Of a stretch of DNA of 64,000 nucleotides, positions 13,443 to 25,476 are shown piece after piece (positions within the stretch are counted from its first letter, which is position 1; the number at the start of each line of letters is the position of its first letter). The notes under the pieces were generated by a model. The model had not been told where the DNA came from. It did not search any database and saw nothing but the letters and a program-made list of their open reading frames with translations. Source of the DNA: Podarcis muralis (lineage: Eukaryota); the NCBI RefSeq assembly GCF_964188315.1, contig NC_135659.1:9176001-9240000 (forward strand), given 5' to 3'. The position numbers were made by a program, and so were the translations under genes.

Positions 13443-13793
13443 GGTAAAGGTAAAGGGACCCCTGACCATTAGGTCCATTCGTGACTGACTCTGGGGTTGC
13501 GACGCTCATCTCGCTTTATTGGCTGAGGGAACCGGCGTACAGCTTCCGGGTCATGTGGCCAGCATGACTAAGCTGCTTCTGGCAAACCAGAGCAGTGCAC
13601 GGAAATGCCGTTTATCTTCCCACAGGAGCTGTTCCTATTTATCTACTTGCACTCTGACATGCTTTTGAACTGCTAGGTTGGCAGGAGCAGGGACTGAGCA
13701 ACAGGAGCTCACCCCGTCGCGGGGATTCAAACCGCTGACCTTCTGATTGGCAAGTCCTAGGCTCTGTGGTTTAACCCACAGCGCCACCCGCGT
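13443..13793 (-). mobile_element. Sauria SINE
   Basis: Reverse complement of the 1264 copy, with ggtaaaggtaaaggg tail and box A/B. No clear TSD. Confidence 0.92.
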
Positions 13794-14282
13794 TATACAG
13801 TATCCACTGTATAACAGGTATTAAATGATCCTTCCTTCTCAGGAGTGAGCCCAAGATCTTTTGCTGCCTGAGACAAAAGGATGAGGTGGTGCTTTTCCAT
13901 GTTCTTTGCCAGTTGGACTAGCAATTGGATCTTTCTTCAGCGCTTGTAAACAAGGCAGTGTCCTCTGCTACACCTGAGAGGTTAGCCAAGGGCAGGGTGC
14001 TTGGTACACGTAGCTCTATTCTCCCAGCACCTCCCCATTGCTCTTTGCCCCTTAGTATCTGCTGCTTCACTCTTGCCTAGTGGTAGGGCTGGTGCTTTGC
14101 ATCCCACATGACTGCCTAAAATTAGCAGGATGTGATAAGGGTTGCTGGCAGAACTGCTTCTTTACCCTTACAAGGGAAGGTGAAAGTGAATACAAGACAG
14201 GGAGCCATAGTTTAGAGTTCAGCGTGGGGCTTCGTGTTCCTTTAACTATACTCTGTTTAGCTTCTCATCGGAGCAATTGATA

Positions 14283-14889
14283 TTTTATTTTTTTAAAGAT
14301 TTTTATTAAAGTTTTCAAAGTATTACAAAAAGAAAAAGAAAAAATACAAAGTAAAAACAATTAAAAACAATTCAATCTTTCCGTGTCTTATCTTTCATTC
14401 GCTTGTTCCCCAGACCTCCTCACACCTCCCTTTTTTGTATCCAGTTCAATTAGTTGGTTCAGCAAATCCTTTCCCTCTTTGTTTTTATCCTAATCTTTAA
14501 TCTTAATATATTATAACTTTAGATTATCCCGTTAACAATCCATTTTTACACATCTTTATAACATTACTGCTGAAAACCACTTAACTTCAATCCAACATCA
14601 TTCTAACATTCATTAATTTTGCAGTGTTTCTGTAAATAGTCTTTAAATTTCTTCCAATCTTCTTCCACCGACTCTTCTCCCTGGTCTCGGATTCTGCCGG
14701 TCATTTCTGCCAATTCCATGTAGTCCATCACCTTCATCTGCCATTCTTCCAAAGTGGGTAGATCTTGTGTCTTCCAATACTTTGCGATAAGTATTCTTGC
14801 TGCTGTTGTTGCATACATAAAGAAAGTTCTATCCTTCTTTGGCACCAGTTGGCCGACAATGCCCAGGAGAAAGGCCTCTGGTTTCTTCA
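14283..14889 (-). mobile_element. L1-clade LINE 3' fragment (ORF2 C-terminus, 3'UTR, A-rich tail)
   Basis: Peptide FLLGI...AARILIAKYWK..LPTLEEW, AATAAA plus A-rich tail, and an 18-bp TSD tcatc(g/t)gagcaattgata (14265-14282 / 14890-14907). Confidence 0.8.
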
Positions 14890-17354
14890 TCATCTGAGCA
14901 ATTGATAGCCTAGCCTAAAGCTGAAATGAATGTAGCTTGGGATGAATGAAACCGTTCTGACTTAGTAGGTGGAACAATATGATTCATGTTCAGTCAGAAG
15001 GCCTGTATCTTACTGTAGTACTTATCTGAAGATTAAGGCAGCTTTCTGATAACCCCTCAGATTTCCTGGTCATATTATCATGGCTTTAACAATCAGCAGA
15101 AACCGCAGCTACCTGCAGCGACTGACCCTCCCAGAATACTTATCACATGCTATTGTGCTCTGTGCCAGTTCTTCAATAACACAGGGCATTGATTTTCTGC
15201 CCCTTTCCCCTCAAGCTGCATTGAACAGAATATATTGTTTGCCTTCTCTAAGATAAATCGAGAGAGTAAATAAAGTAAATTCATTCAAAGCAAATGTAAT
15301 GTTAATAGTTTGTACAGCGGAAATGTTTCTGTTTTATAGAGCGGCCGTTTTCACAATGCATAAAAAATGGAATGTATCGGAAGGAAGCTATTCTTATTCC
15401 TGCCTTCCATATTGCCTGGCAGTTACTTCAAGAACTTATCAACCCACATTAGAAAAGGATGCAAATTTGTATTATTCCTTTTTCATTTCAACGCAATATT
15501 CTGAGCACATTAGTCAAATGTGTGACTTGTTTATGTGATGGCAGAAAAATGAGTGAGTGAGACACAGTAAGGCTGTAAGTTCACAAAGGACATGACAGGT
15601 GTTTATTACGAAAGATTAGTTCACCATGAAGTGTGCGTGGTAATATATTACTGATATAAACCTGCAGGCTTTGCAGGCCAGTGCTTGTGTGTTGCCTGTC
15701 TGTGACTTTGATTGACACAGAAATACTATCAGAAAACAAACAAACATGTACAGTCACTTCTTAAAGTATGACAGAAATTAGAGGCTTCTGAGCACGTCAC
15801 CTTCCAAGTGTATGGTGGAGACATTTTTTCTCCGCATAAGGATTGTCTTATGGGAAAAGATGTGTTGAGGCAGACCTCAACGCTTTTTACACTTTTGAGA
15901 TGTAGTTATTTTTAAAACAGAGAACTTGAGATTCTGCGCCAAATGAGCCCAGTCGTCTTCCTGTGTTGTACAGATGCCAGAAAAACCAAGTACTTAACGC
16001 AAAATAATATATTGTCATTCTACAATAAATGGAATAAAGAATAAACGAAGTCATTAGAATGCACATGCAAAAAACCACACCAGGAAACAAATTGGTACAT
16101 ATGCTTATTGTGGCCATTATTTATGCAATAAGTCCTTTAAAACATGCATATACATGTTTTGTAGAGTGGTTTGACTAAACACCCAGATCTTAACTAGAAT
16201 TAGCTTAATAAAATTGAAACGATAACAAGGGTGGATTATGATGAATTGTCTATTGTTTTGGAAAATAAAACACAGCAGCTACTTATTTGAAATAGGCAAT
16301 AAAGGTTTTTAAAAATTCCATCTTCTAATCATCTGAACTGCTAATGAGTGGCGAGTCTAAAGCACAACAGCTTTTCCTAACTCGTTATCACCTGCACTTC
16401 CTGCTGCTTCTTTTTAAGGGTTTGTTGTTTCCAAATACACACAGACATCATCATAAGCATGTACCCTTTTTGCAAATGAAGCAGGCACATGGTGCTTGGG
16501 GTCTCTGGTTGGAATACCAATGCCCTGATTTTCCAGCCTTCCAAACAGCACTGAAGAGGACTGGTAGGACTCGCTAGTGGAGATTGAGATATAATTGCCT
16601 GCCTAGAGCAACATCTTTCCGCTACATCACCTGAATACTAATAAGGAGAAACAATAGGGGAGAAAGGTGGCAGGCAGAACCCCAGGAAAGGAGGTTGGGG
16701 AGCAGGGGTGGTGATAGCGTTGTGGGCAAACAATTCAAGAGGTGAGACCAAGAGGCGAGGAAAGCTGTGTGCTTTTCATTGTGTGTGTGTTTTGCGAGTT
16801 CCTTTATTTGTAGTGAAATCTTAGCATAAATTATAATTTGCCCACGTCAATAATTCAACTACCAGAGGGTACAGACCAGTTCAGCTGCTGTGGAAGAGAA
16901 TTATGGCCTGGGGATGCGGAGGCAGAAAAGCTTGCTTCTTTGAATTAGCTTGGCTGCTAATGCAGCGCAAGATGTTAATAGAGTTCTCTGCCATGCCTTC
17001 CTCATAGGGACTTGCCCTTCTTAGTATCAATTTCTGAAAATGATTTGATCTTACTTTGAGGCTGCCTTTAGAACAAACCTATTTTTACGCCTCCCCCCCC
17101 TCTCTCTTTGTTTTTTTATTTTTATACTATGGTTGCTATGACTGACTTACCACTCCCTAAGTAAGACCCACTGAAATCTGTGGGTTTAAGTTACTGCTGA
17201 CTAAATTAAGTCTACCCATTTTAGTGGGTTTGCTCTGTTTGACTTGGCCGTATACCAAGCTATTGCTCCTGCCAGAATTTTTTTTAATTATTTTTTAGTT
17301 CTAGGTGATACTCTGATAAGATCTCAGTAATACAGCGTGAGAGCGCAGAGAATA

Positions 17355-17773
17355 CCGTACTTTTCTGTCTATTAGATGTACCCATGTATAAGACTCCCCC
17401 TATTTTGGGGGACTCAAATTTAAGAAAATGGGGGCGGGGAGATGGCTCAGAGAGAGTTGTTGAGCTTTTTTTTGCAGAGAATTGACCAGAGTTTTACAGT
17501 GAGGGGGAATTGCTAAAAATTGCTCACTTGCCACAGCGATAGCCAATTGCCAACAGAGCCTTTCCCAGCAAAAAATCTCTTACCCAACTGAGAAAAGCTG
17601 TCTGCTGACAATCGCAATCGTTGGCAGCCGCCAATCTCGACAGCCAGTCCACAACAGTGTTTGCTTCACAAACCAATCACCAACCCATTCACTATCCATG
17701 TATAAGTTGAGGCACGTTTTTGAACATTATTTTAGAGTAAAAAAAACCTCGTCTTACTCACGGAAAAGTACGG
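17355..17773. mobile_element. Tc2-like MITE (longer family)
   Basis: TIR ccgtacttttc / gaaaagtacgg, TA flanks. Confidence 0.8.
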
Positions 17774-18949
17774 TAATTGCAGTGCTCTGGGAGGTTGGAG
17801 GAATACTGTAAACACGTTTGGAATACTTAAAAAAAACCCTGGAGTTTTTTGTATAGGGTACGAGGAATCCTCTTGTAGCTCGATAGCTGCAGCCGCGTGG
17901 TAAAATGGCAAATATTCACCAGGCAAATTATGGGAATTGCTACTACAGGATGGAATGATGGCCCTACGGCTTGGGTTGCTCTAAAACAGGATTTGACAAA
18001 ATCATGGAGGACAAGGTTATCAATGACTACTGCTTATGATAACTATGTGCTACCTCACGAATAACGCAAATGTTTTACGTTGGGGAAAATTGCTTGCAAA
18101 GATGTGTGTATTAGGTGAAATGTTTGCTAAAGTGCTCACACCTTTTTACAAGGGCCTTTAAAAAAATGCAAACTAATGTGGAAATGTGAGGAACTGAATT
18201 AAAGACTGAAGATGATGAACAGAGAGAAACCGAATTAGGCAGAATTTGTCTCTCCTTATTCATGGCTAGAATTATTCTTTAGAGATTTTGTGCGCATGCT
18301 TGCAACTAGATTAATAAGCTTTCTCTTCAAAGGCCTTGCTAGTGTTAAGAGGTTGCTAGGAGGCATGATTTGCTAGTATGAATATAAGATTGGTGGGCAA
18401 TAAATTTATTTGACAGAGGAAAATGAACATCTCAGGGGTTAAATATTGTGGAAGAGCCTCTGGGCAAGTCAAATGTTAGTACAATTAAAGTGTTCTTGCT
18501 GCTTTGCAGAACCTTTAGACAGATTAGTAAAGTGATTTTCAACTATATGCAGAACAAGCTTGGCTGTGAATACAGATTATCTCACTGTGTAATGGAGAAC
18601 TAGCTAATTCTTCCACCTACCTGATGAAGAGTTCTGTGGAACCTGAATTTTATTTTACATGTCAGGAACTAGTCTGTTTTATAAGCTTTATATTGTAGTA
18701 GCTTGGACCTTGTGGCGGTAGCAGATCTGATTAGAGCAGGTTTAATTCCAGGCTGTCTTCAAATTTCTAGTTTTAAATTCCCCCCTGCCCACCCCGGGCA
18801 CCAGCAACCGACGCTACGCCACTTCTTGTGCAGAACCTCTTCAGATGTCAGCAAGATTTCACTGTCTTTGTTCACTCATCAATGTTTAGCCTCTGTTCAT
18901 CAAAGCTGAGACACTGAGTTTGCCTACATGTCTTTAAAAACAAGTGTCT

Positions 18950-19733
18950 TTCCAGAAGAGAGATCTTGATGCATCCAGACTTACTCTAGAGCACTAAGCT
19001 TGGGCCTGAAATATAGAGAGTTTAGAGGTTGGAGTTCTTTATGTAGAGTTTTGAGGTTATTCAGAACCATGTGTTAAGTGATGGAAAAGCTGGGATAGGC
19101 TAGCCCAGCTTTGGCATTTACACATATTTCTTTCTTAATACTTGTAAAATATTGGTCTACATCTGAAGTAGACTCTACAAAGTGCAAGCTTCTGTCACAA
19201 TCAATCTGTCTTCAGGGTCCGAGGGTGGCTCAAGACTCCCCGACCACCACCCCAGCAAGGCAGATTTCAAGTACTACCCTGTATAACCTGCCCTTCATTA
19301 CACTAGAATTGGCCAGTGGAATTAATACATTTTTGTTACTTCAAGAAATTTTCTGAACTGAACATTGCTGCTGCATTTTCCTATGTGCAAAAACATATGC
19401 TTCCATCTACTGGGCAAAATGTGAATGGCAGCCTTGTCAGTGATTATAATAATAAAAGTAATTCAGATTTAAGTTTTTCCCAAACGCTCAAAGCATTTCA
19501 CATCCATCAACGAACAAACCATCCTGCAGCCAGTATTATTGATCCTGCAGGGTATTTCACTCTGAAGTAACACTCATTAAGCATGATGTCTACATGCTGT
19601 TCCAGAAGAGAGACCTTGATGCATCCATAGTTACTCTATCACTAAGCTTGGGGCTGAAATATAGGGAGTTTAGGGGTTAGAGGTCCTTACGTAGAGTTTT
19701 GAGGTTATTCAGAACCATATGTTAAGCAATGGA
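18950..19733. repeat. Two diverged ~135-bp direct repeats (18950-19085 and 19600-19733)
   Basis: Shared ttccagaagagaga.cttgatgcatcca ... gtagagttttgaggttattcagaacca. Confidence 0.85.
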
Positions 19734-20807
19734 TCTCTCCACCATCAGAAGTCAGGCAGGTGGCGATAGCACCATCTGCCCTCTGGGGTCTCATGAACAC
19801 CCCTTATTAAATTACATGATCCTGTGTGGTCTGCTTACCATAACGATGTATTCCCTATACAGTGTTTCGTGTATTCTCACCTCGTTTGTTTTGCATGTTT
19901 TTGTGTGTGAAAACCTTTAGTTTAAAAAAGTTTTAGAAAAGAAAAAAGGAAGAAAGCTGATGGTAGCTCAGTTCATAGTGCATGAGACAAGTGTCCTCTA
20001 CCTTGCGAACCTTATGCTGCAGGAGAACTTACTAAATTTACCAATTAAATAAAATGGAATCAGCATTCCAGTAATATCAGTCTTGCAAAGTAGTCCAGTG
20101 TTATCTCTGTATTGCAGAAGGAAGTTTCGGCTGAGAATATGGCTTGAGAACATTGCTCCTAGCTGAGCAGGGTTTTGAACTGGGACCTTGCATCTTAGAC
20201 TCCCAGTTGTGCTAGACAACATGGGTTCACGTTTTTCTTCTTTATCCATTTGTTTACCTAAAAGATACATTTAAAAGCTAGGACATATCAGAACAAATCA
20301 TCTCATAAGATTTCAAATGAAACTGCTGTCATTTGCAGGGTGCCAGTTGAATCCCATTTAAAATGGGAAAGAAATGTGTATACTACACAGCAGTAACCAT
20401 TACAAAGTAGTCATACAAAAGAATGGATAACATTTACTCTATTCATTACTGAATTATTTCCAAAAAATAAGCCTCCATCATACACTTGAGTCTTGGGGCA
20501 GGTGGGGCAGACACCGTTGGGGTTCCTTTTTTTTTTGCAATACGAAAGTGGCCTCCTTTCAGTAACCTGCATTTTCTTAAAGTTTCGGGTTAATTTCTTT
20601 CAGAACACTGTTTATTCATATTTTCATAGAAACGGATACTGTCAAAATTCACATCAGTGTTACTCAAATTCATGACATAATTTTGTGCTCCTTGTGTAAA
20701 ATGCTATTAAGCTTGCTCCCAGATGTATCCAAGCTCATAACTAAACTTCATTCCAGCTGAATGGTCTGCTCATTTTTATACAGCGACACTGTTCTTCTTT
20801 CCTGCAG

Positions 20808-20974
20808 CTCGAAAACACAGCGACTCCCAAGTGTTCTTCTACCTGTGGATCGTCTTCTATTTTGTCAGCTCCTGCTACACCCTCATCTGGGACTTGAAGA
20901 TGGATTGGGGTCTCTTTGACAGGAATGCTGGCGAAAATACTTTCCTGCGGGAAGAGATTGTCTACCCACAAAAG
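20808..20974 (+). CDS. XPR1: XPR1 coding exon (approx. exon 12): (A)[13 protein letters not shown]...[10 protein letters not shown]...EEIVYPQK
   Basis: ttcctgcag acceptor and aag|gtgcgt donor. 167 nt, phase-consistent. WDLKMDW motif. Confidence 0.96.
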
Positions 20975-21175
20975 GTGCGTATGCAGGTTGCTTTTGTGAA
21001 GATCTTTATTTGAAAAATTGGGAGGATTTGAACTGTTGGCACTTTCACACCCTGAGGGCATTTGCTTGTGATGCCATCCATTTGAGCAAATGAATCCCAC
21101 CCATATTTAACACTGGAGCTGTCACAAAAAACCAGGTGCCTTTGAAGGAGAGAATTAGCTAAAATAAAGTAACTT

Positions 21176-21364
21176 GGGAAAGATGGAGCGCACAAGGAGA
21201 AGGGGACAACAGAGGACAAGATGGCAGGACAGTGTTCTCGGAGCTACAAACATGAGTTTGACCAAGCTGCGGGAGGCAGTGGAAGACAGGAGTGCCTGGC
21301 GTGCTCTGGTCCATGGGGTCACAAAGAGTCGAACACGACTAAACAACTAAACAACAACAACAAC
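21176..21364 (+). mobile_element. RTE-BovB LINE short 3' fragment
   Basis: GKMER/TRRRG remnant, (CAA)n tail, TSD gtaactt. Confidence 0.9.
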
Positions 21365-21424
21365 GTAACTTTCATTTTAACACATTCAGTGTATACATTG
21401 TTGTTTGGTCAATAATTGGATATA

Positions 21425-21636
21425 GAGTGGTACCTTGGGTTACATACGCTTCACCAACACAGAAATAGTACCTTGGGTTAAGAACTTTGCTTCAGGATGA
21501 GAACAGAAATTGTGCTCCTGTGGCGCGGCGGCAGCAGGAGGCCCCATTAGCTAAAGTGGTGCTTCAGGTTAAGAACAGTTTCAGGTTAAGAACAGACCTC
21601 CAGAACGAATTAAGTTCTTAACCCGAGGTACCACTG
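21425..21636. mobile_element. Tigger/pogo-like MITE family B, opposite orientation to the 12189 copy
   Basis: Ends cgaattaagttcttaacccgaggtaccactg|ta. Small internal deletion. Confidence 0.85.
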
Positions 21637-22335
21637 TATCCACATAAGCAAGAACTGGAACAATTGGGGGGGGGGATCTGTTTCTATTCTTCTCCCTCCC
21701 TCTCCCCCACCACTTCAGCCCTTACGAGATTATCTTGTTTGTACATACACATCGCAACAGAGCCATATGGGAATTTCCTGTCCAGCTCTTCTCTTGCCTC
21801 TCTTCCCCTCTCACTTACCTGCGGTTGACATGAAGTAAGAACCAGTGGCAGGTTGTGACCCCAAAGACAAACAGGTTGGGTCTTGGTTGGTCTGATAGGA
21901 GAGCAGGGGCTGCCTGGTAAGTGATTGCTTTTAGATACAGCAACAAGGGGGCATGTCGTACACAGAAACCCACATAGGCGAGAGGCAGTTTTTTCAAGTT
22001 GTCACAGCACCAGCATCCTCCTTCAGGGAAGGTGTGCTGTATTCCTCACAGCTAACTAGTTGCCCAACACCAGGCATGGGCAGTATAGACAGAAACCATG
22101 GTCATGGCCATCTGTTGTTAATAGTTACAATGGTTTGCTTACAGATGCAGTCAAATGCAGTCCACCAGGTTTCCAACAAGTCCACTCACACGCCCAGCCA
22201 TGCCCCTCACTGGTCCTATTTTGCACCCTCCTTGATCATTTTTGCCTGGCTGAACAGCGTTCTAGAACTCTGATCATGTAACTAGCTTGCCTGAATGAAG
22301 GAGAGTGAAGAGTGTGTTGAATCCATTGACATCCT

Positions 22336-22490
22336 ATGCCTTTTTAAAATGTGACTCTTTTTTTGGGGGGGGGTATTGGGTTGTTATATTTATTTTGATT
22401 ATATATATTGTGGTTTTTGTGTTGATCTTTTCTGTGAACCGCCCTGAGACCTCCGTGTATAGGGTGGTAGATAAATTCAATAAATAATAA
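22336..22490 (+). mobile_element. L2-type 3' tail fragment
   Basis: tgtgaaccgccctgagacctccg.gtataggg.ggta.ataaat followed by a (TAA)/(GAT) tail. Same motif at 39228 and 45915. Confidence 0.55.
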
Positions 22491-22627
22491 ATGATGATGA
22501 TGATGATGATGAATGTGTGTACAGACTAGCTTACTCTACAAAGGTATCATTTACATGTTTTGCTCCTCCCACCACTGGCATGCGGTTCCCCAGAATGCAG
22601 TCCTCAGGCTGAAAAACCTTTAAAGTA

Positions 22628-22879
22628 CAGTGGTACCTTGGTATGCATGCGTTTTGGTTTGCATACGTTTTGGATTACAAACACGTCAAACCCAGAAGTT
22701 CGTGTCCTGGTTTGCAACCTTTTTTTGGATTACAAACCCCCCCTTTTTTGGGGGGGGGGGATTACGAACAAAAATTTTTTGGAGGCCCCATTGGCAAAAG
22801 CGCACCTTGGGTTACAACCTGTTTTGGTTTACAAACGGACCTCCGGAACGGATTATGGTTGTAAACCAAGGTACCACTG
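22628..22879. mobile_element. Tigger/pogo-like MITE, family E
   Basis: TIR cagtggtaccttgg / ccaaggtaccactg, TA flanks. Confidence 0.88.
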
Positions 22880-23206
22880 TACTCTCTGGCAACGGGGTAT
22901 TTGGAAAACAGCCAATCAAGAAGCATGCCATCTCGCTGCCAAATCTTAAGGAATGAAGCTGTTGTTGCTGCTGTTGTTGTTAGTGTAGTGTTGTTCCTTC
23001 GACAAATCAGCTGTTTATCTCGCTTTTTTGTGATGATACTTTTATGTTATATGGGAATATAGAATGCAGACAAAAGTCTGCACAGAAACCACACTGAGCA
23101 AATCCAAGGGCTGGATTCTTCTTTTGCTCTACACTTTTATTTGAAGGTGGATCTGGCCGATAACCTTGCTCTGCATCACAGCGGTCTTTTCCATCTGTTT
23201 CCTCAG

Positions 23207-23346
23207 GCCTATTACTACTGTGCCATTGTTGAGGATGTGATTCTGCGCTTTGCATGGACTATCCAGATCTCTCTTACTTCCATGCCAATCCACCCTTACG
23301 CCGGGGATATCATCGCTACTGTGTTTGCACCACTTGAGGTTTTCCG
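23207..23346 (+). CDS. XPR1: XPR1 coding exon (approx. exon 13): [17 protein letters not shown]...PLEVFR
   Basis: ttcctcag acceptor and ccg|gtaaga donor. 140 nt. LRFAW motif. Confidence 0.97.
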
Positions 23347-23388
23347 GTAAGATCCATTACCTAAACTACTACCCCAGTTTTTGCAGAC

Positions 23389-23954
23389 CAGGGTGGATTT
23401 GATTTAAATCACTAGTCACTAAGACTTGATTTAAAGCATTTTTTAACAGAAAGACTCACTCTTGCTGGTATAAATTTTCAGAGTAGTTTTTACAGTTATA
23501 TCAAAAATTACCGATTTGGTTATACTGTTAGAAATACATAGACAGACAATTACGAATTTATTGTGAGGTTTAGTAAGTTAACTGTTTATATTTGGACAAC
23601 TTTTCTGCTGTACTTTATTGGAAGGAGAAAAATAAACATTTCCTTAATAACAATTTAAACAATTTATTTAACTAAAACAATAACATTATAGCATATATAT
23701 CCATGTTTGTTAACTGATGTGGTTAAACAATTTTAAAAAAAATCTTAGATGAGTTTTAGCACACATGAAAAACTTAAAACAAATCCTTATTTCCTGATGA
23801 ATAGCCTTTGGACTATAATGTAACTTAAATAGAAAACTATATTTAGAAAGATTTTTCCTCCAAAAGCATTTGTATTTCAAAAATCCAATTTAAATTAAAA
23901 ATATCCGATTTTTAAATTATTATTTAAAAAAATCATTGCTTTTTATCCACCTTG
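23389..23954. mobile_element. Non-autonomous hAT-superfamily DNA transposon, AT-rich
   Basis: TIR cagggtggat / atccaccttg and a perfect 8-bp TSD ttgcagac (23381-23388 / 23955-23962). Confidence 0.85.
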
Positions 23955-24774
23955 TTGCAGACCTTGTTTGCAATTAATAGTGAGTGATACATTACCTCAT
24001 AGAGTCAAAAACGTCAAATCTCCCAGCTGAACACTCCAGGATCTGTGAACTTATAATTGTGTGTTCCTGTATCGCAGCCTTTCCCCTGCTCGGTGACCTC
24101 CACGTCATTTGGGGTGGGGAACCTCTGGCCATTTCCCCCAAACCACACCCACCTGCCCCCCACACCTGTTGTCATCATCGTAATTGAATTCGTATTATTA
24201 TTATTACTTACTTATTAAATGTATTAGTTGCCTTTTTTGCCACAGCAGCTCAAAGCGACTTAGAATATTCAAGCACATGTGCACATATATACATACCTAC
24301 ATTAGAGCCAGTGGGGAAAAACAATTCTGTTTTTTAGAAGTAGACTAAAACACCCCAGCCATGCAAAAAGGCCATAGATAAGTAAAGCCAAAGCCCTAAC
24401 GGGAAAAGGTATGTTTTTCTCTGGCGCCTAGAGATATGTAACAATGGCGCCAGGCAAACCTCCCTTATAAGGTTCTGGCCTGCTGGCTCAGGCTGAGAGT
24501 AGGCAAAGGGCAAAACATTGAAAGACTAGTCTTGCGGTTTTATGGAAATAAACAAAAACAAAAAAAAGAAAGGAAACAAATACAGGTAGTGGAAATCAAA
24601 GTCAAGTCTGCAGTCAAGATATGAGACTTCCAGATCTTTGGTGACTCCATATTGCCTCTTTTGCATCTGGTTATGTCCACACAGCCATCCTCTAATCTGT
24701 GTTCCCTTTCTTTCTTGCCCAGCTTTGCAGAAAGCTAGTAAAGAGAGTTGCAGAAATGATGGTATTTAAGATTA

Positions 24775-25053
24775 CAGTGGTGCCCCGCAAGACGAATGCC
24801 TCGCAAGATGAAAAACTCGCTAGACGAAAGGGTTTTCCGTTTTTTGAGTCGTTCCGCAAGACGAATTTCCCTATGGGCTTGCTTCGCAAGACGAAACGTC
24901 TTGCGAGTTCTTGCGAGTTTGTTTCCTTTTTCTTAAAGCCGCTAAGCCGTTAATAGCCGCTAAGCCGCTAATAGCCGTGCTTCGCAAGACGAAAAAACCG
25001 CAAGACGAAGAGACTCGCGGAACGGATTAATTTTGTCTTGCTAGGCACCACTG
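24775..25053. mobile_element. Tigger/pogo-like MITE family A
   Basis: TIR cagtggtgccccgcaagacg / gtcttgctaggcaccactg, TA flanks. Confidence 0.88.
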
Positions 25054-25239
25054 TATCTAGGGAAGTAATAATTTATTAGTTCAGACCCTCCTCACCCCTA
25101 TTCAGTAATACTTGCCATTCTAGCATTTCCAGTTTTCTTCAAAGGAGCTCGCACCACTGTACCATTGTCGCGGTCGTTCTCATCTTTGCAGTGGTCCCAC
25201 GAGACAAGCTGGTTGTGAGGAAGTGTACAAGACTTCCTA

Positions 25240-25476
25240 CATAGAATCATGGAGTTGGAAGGGACCCCAGGGGTCATCTAGTCCAACCCCCTGCAATGCA
25301 GGAATCTCAACTAAAGCATCCAAGACAGATGGCCATCCAACCTCTGCTTGAAAACCTCCAAGGAAGGAGAGTCCACCACCTTCCAAGGTGGTCCATTCCA
25401 ATGGGCAACAGTTCTTACAGTCAGAATGTTCTTCCTGATATTTAGTCAGAATCTCCTTTCTTGTAACATGAAACCC
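25240..25476 (-). mobile_element. CR1 LINE 3' fragment
   Basis: catagaatcat tail (ATTCTATG octamer on the minus strand), homologous to the 3' end of the 56705 element. Confidence 0.8.
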
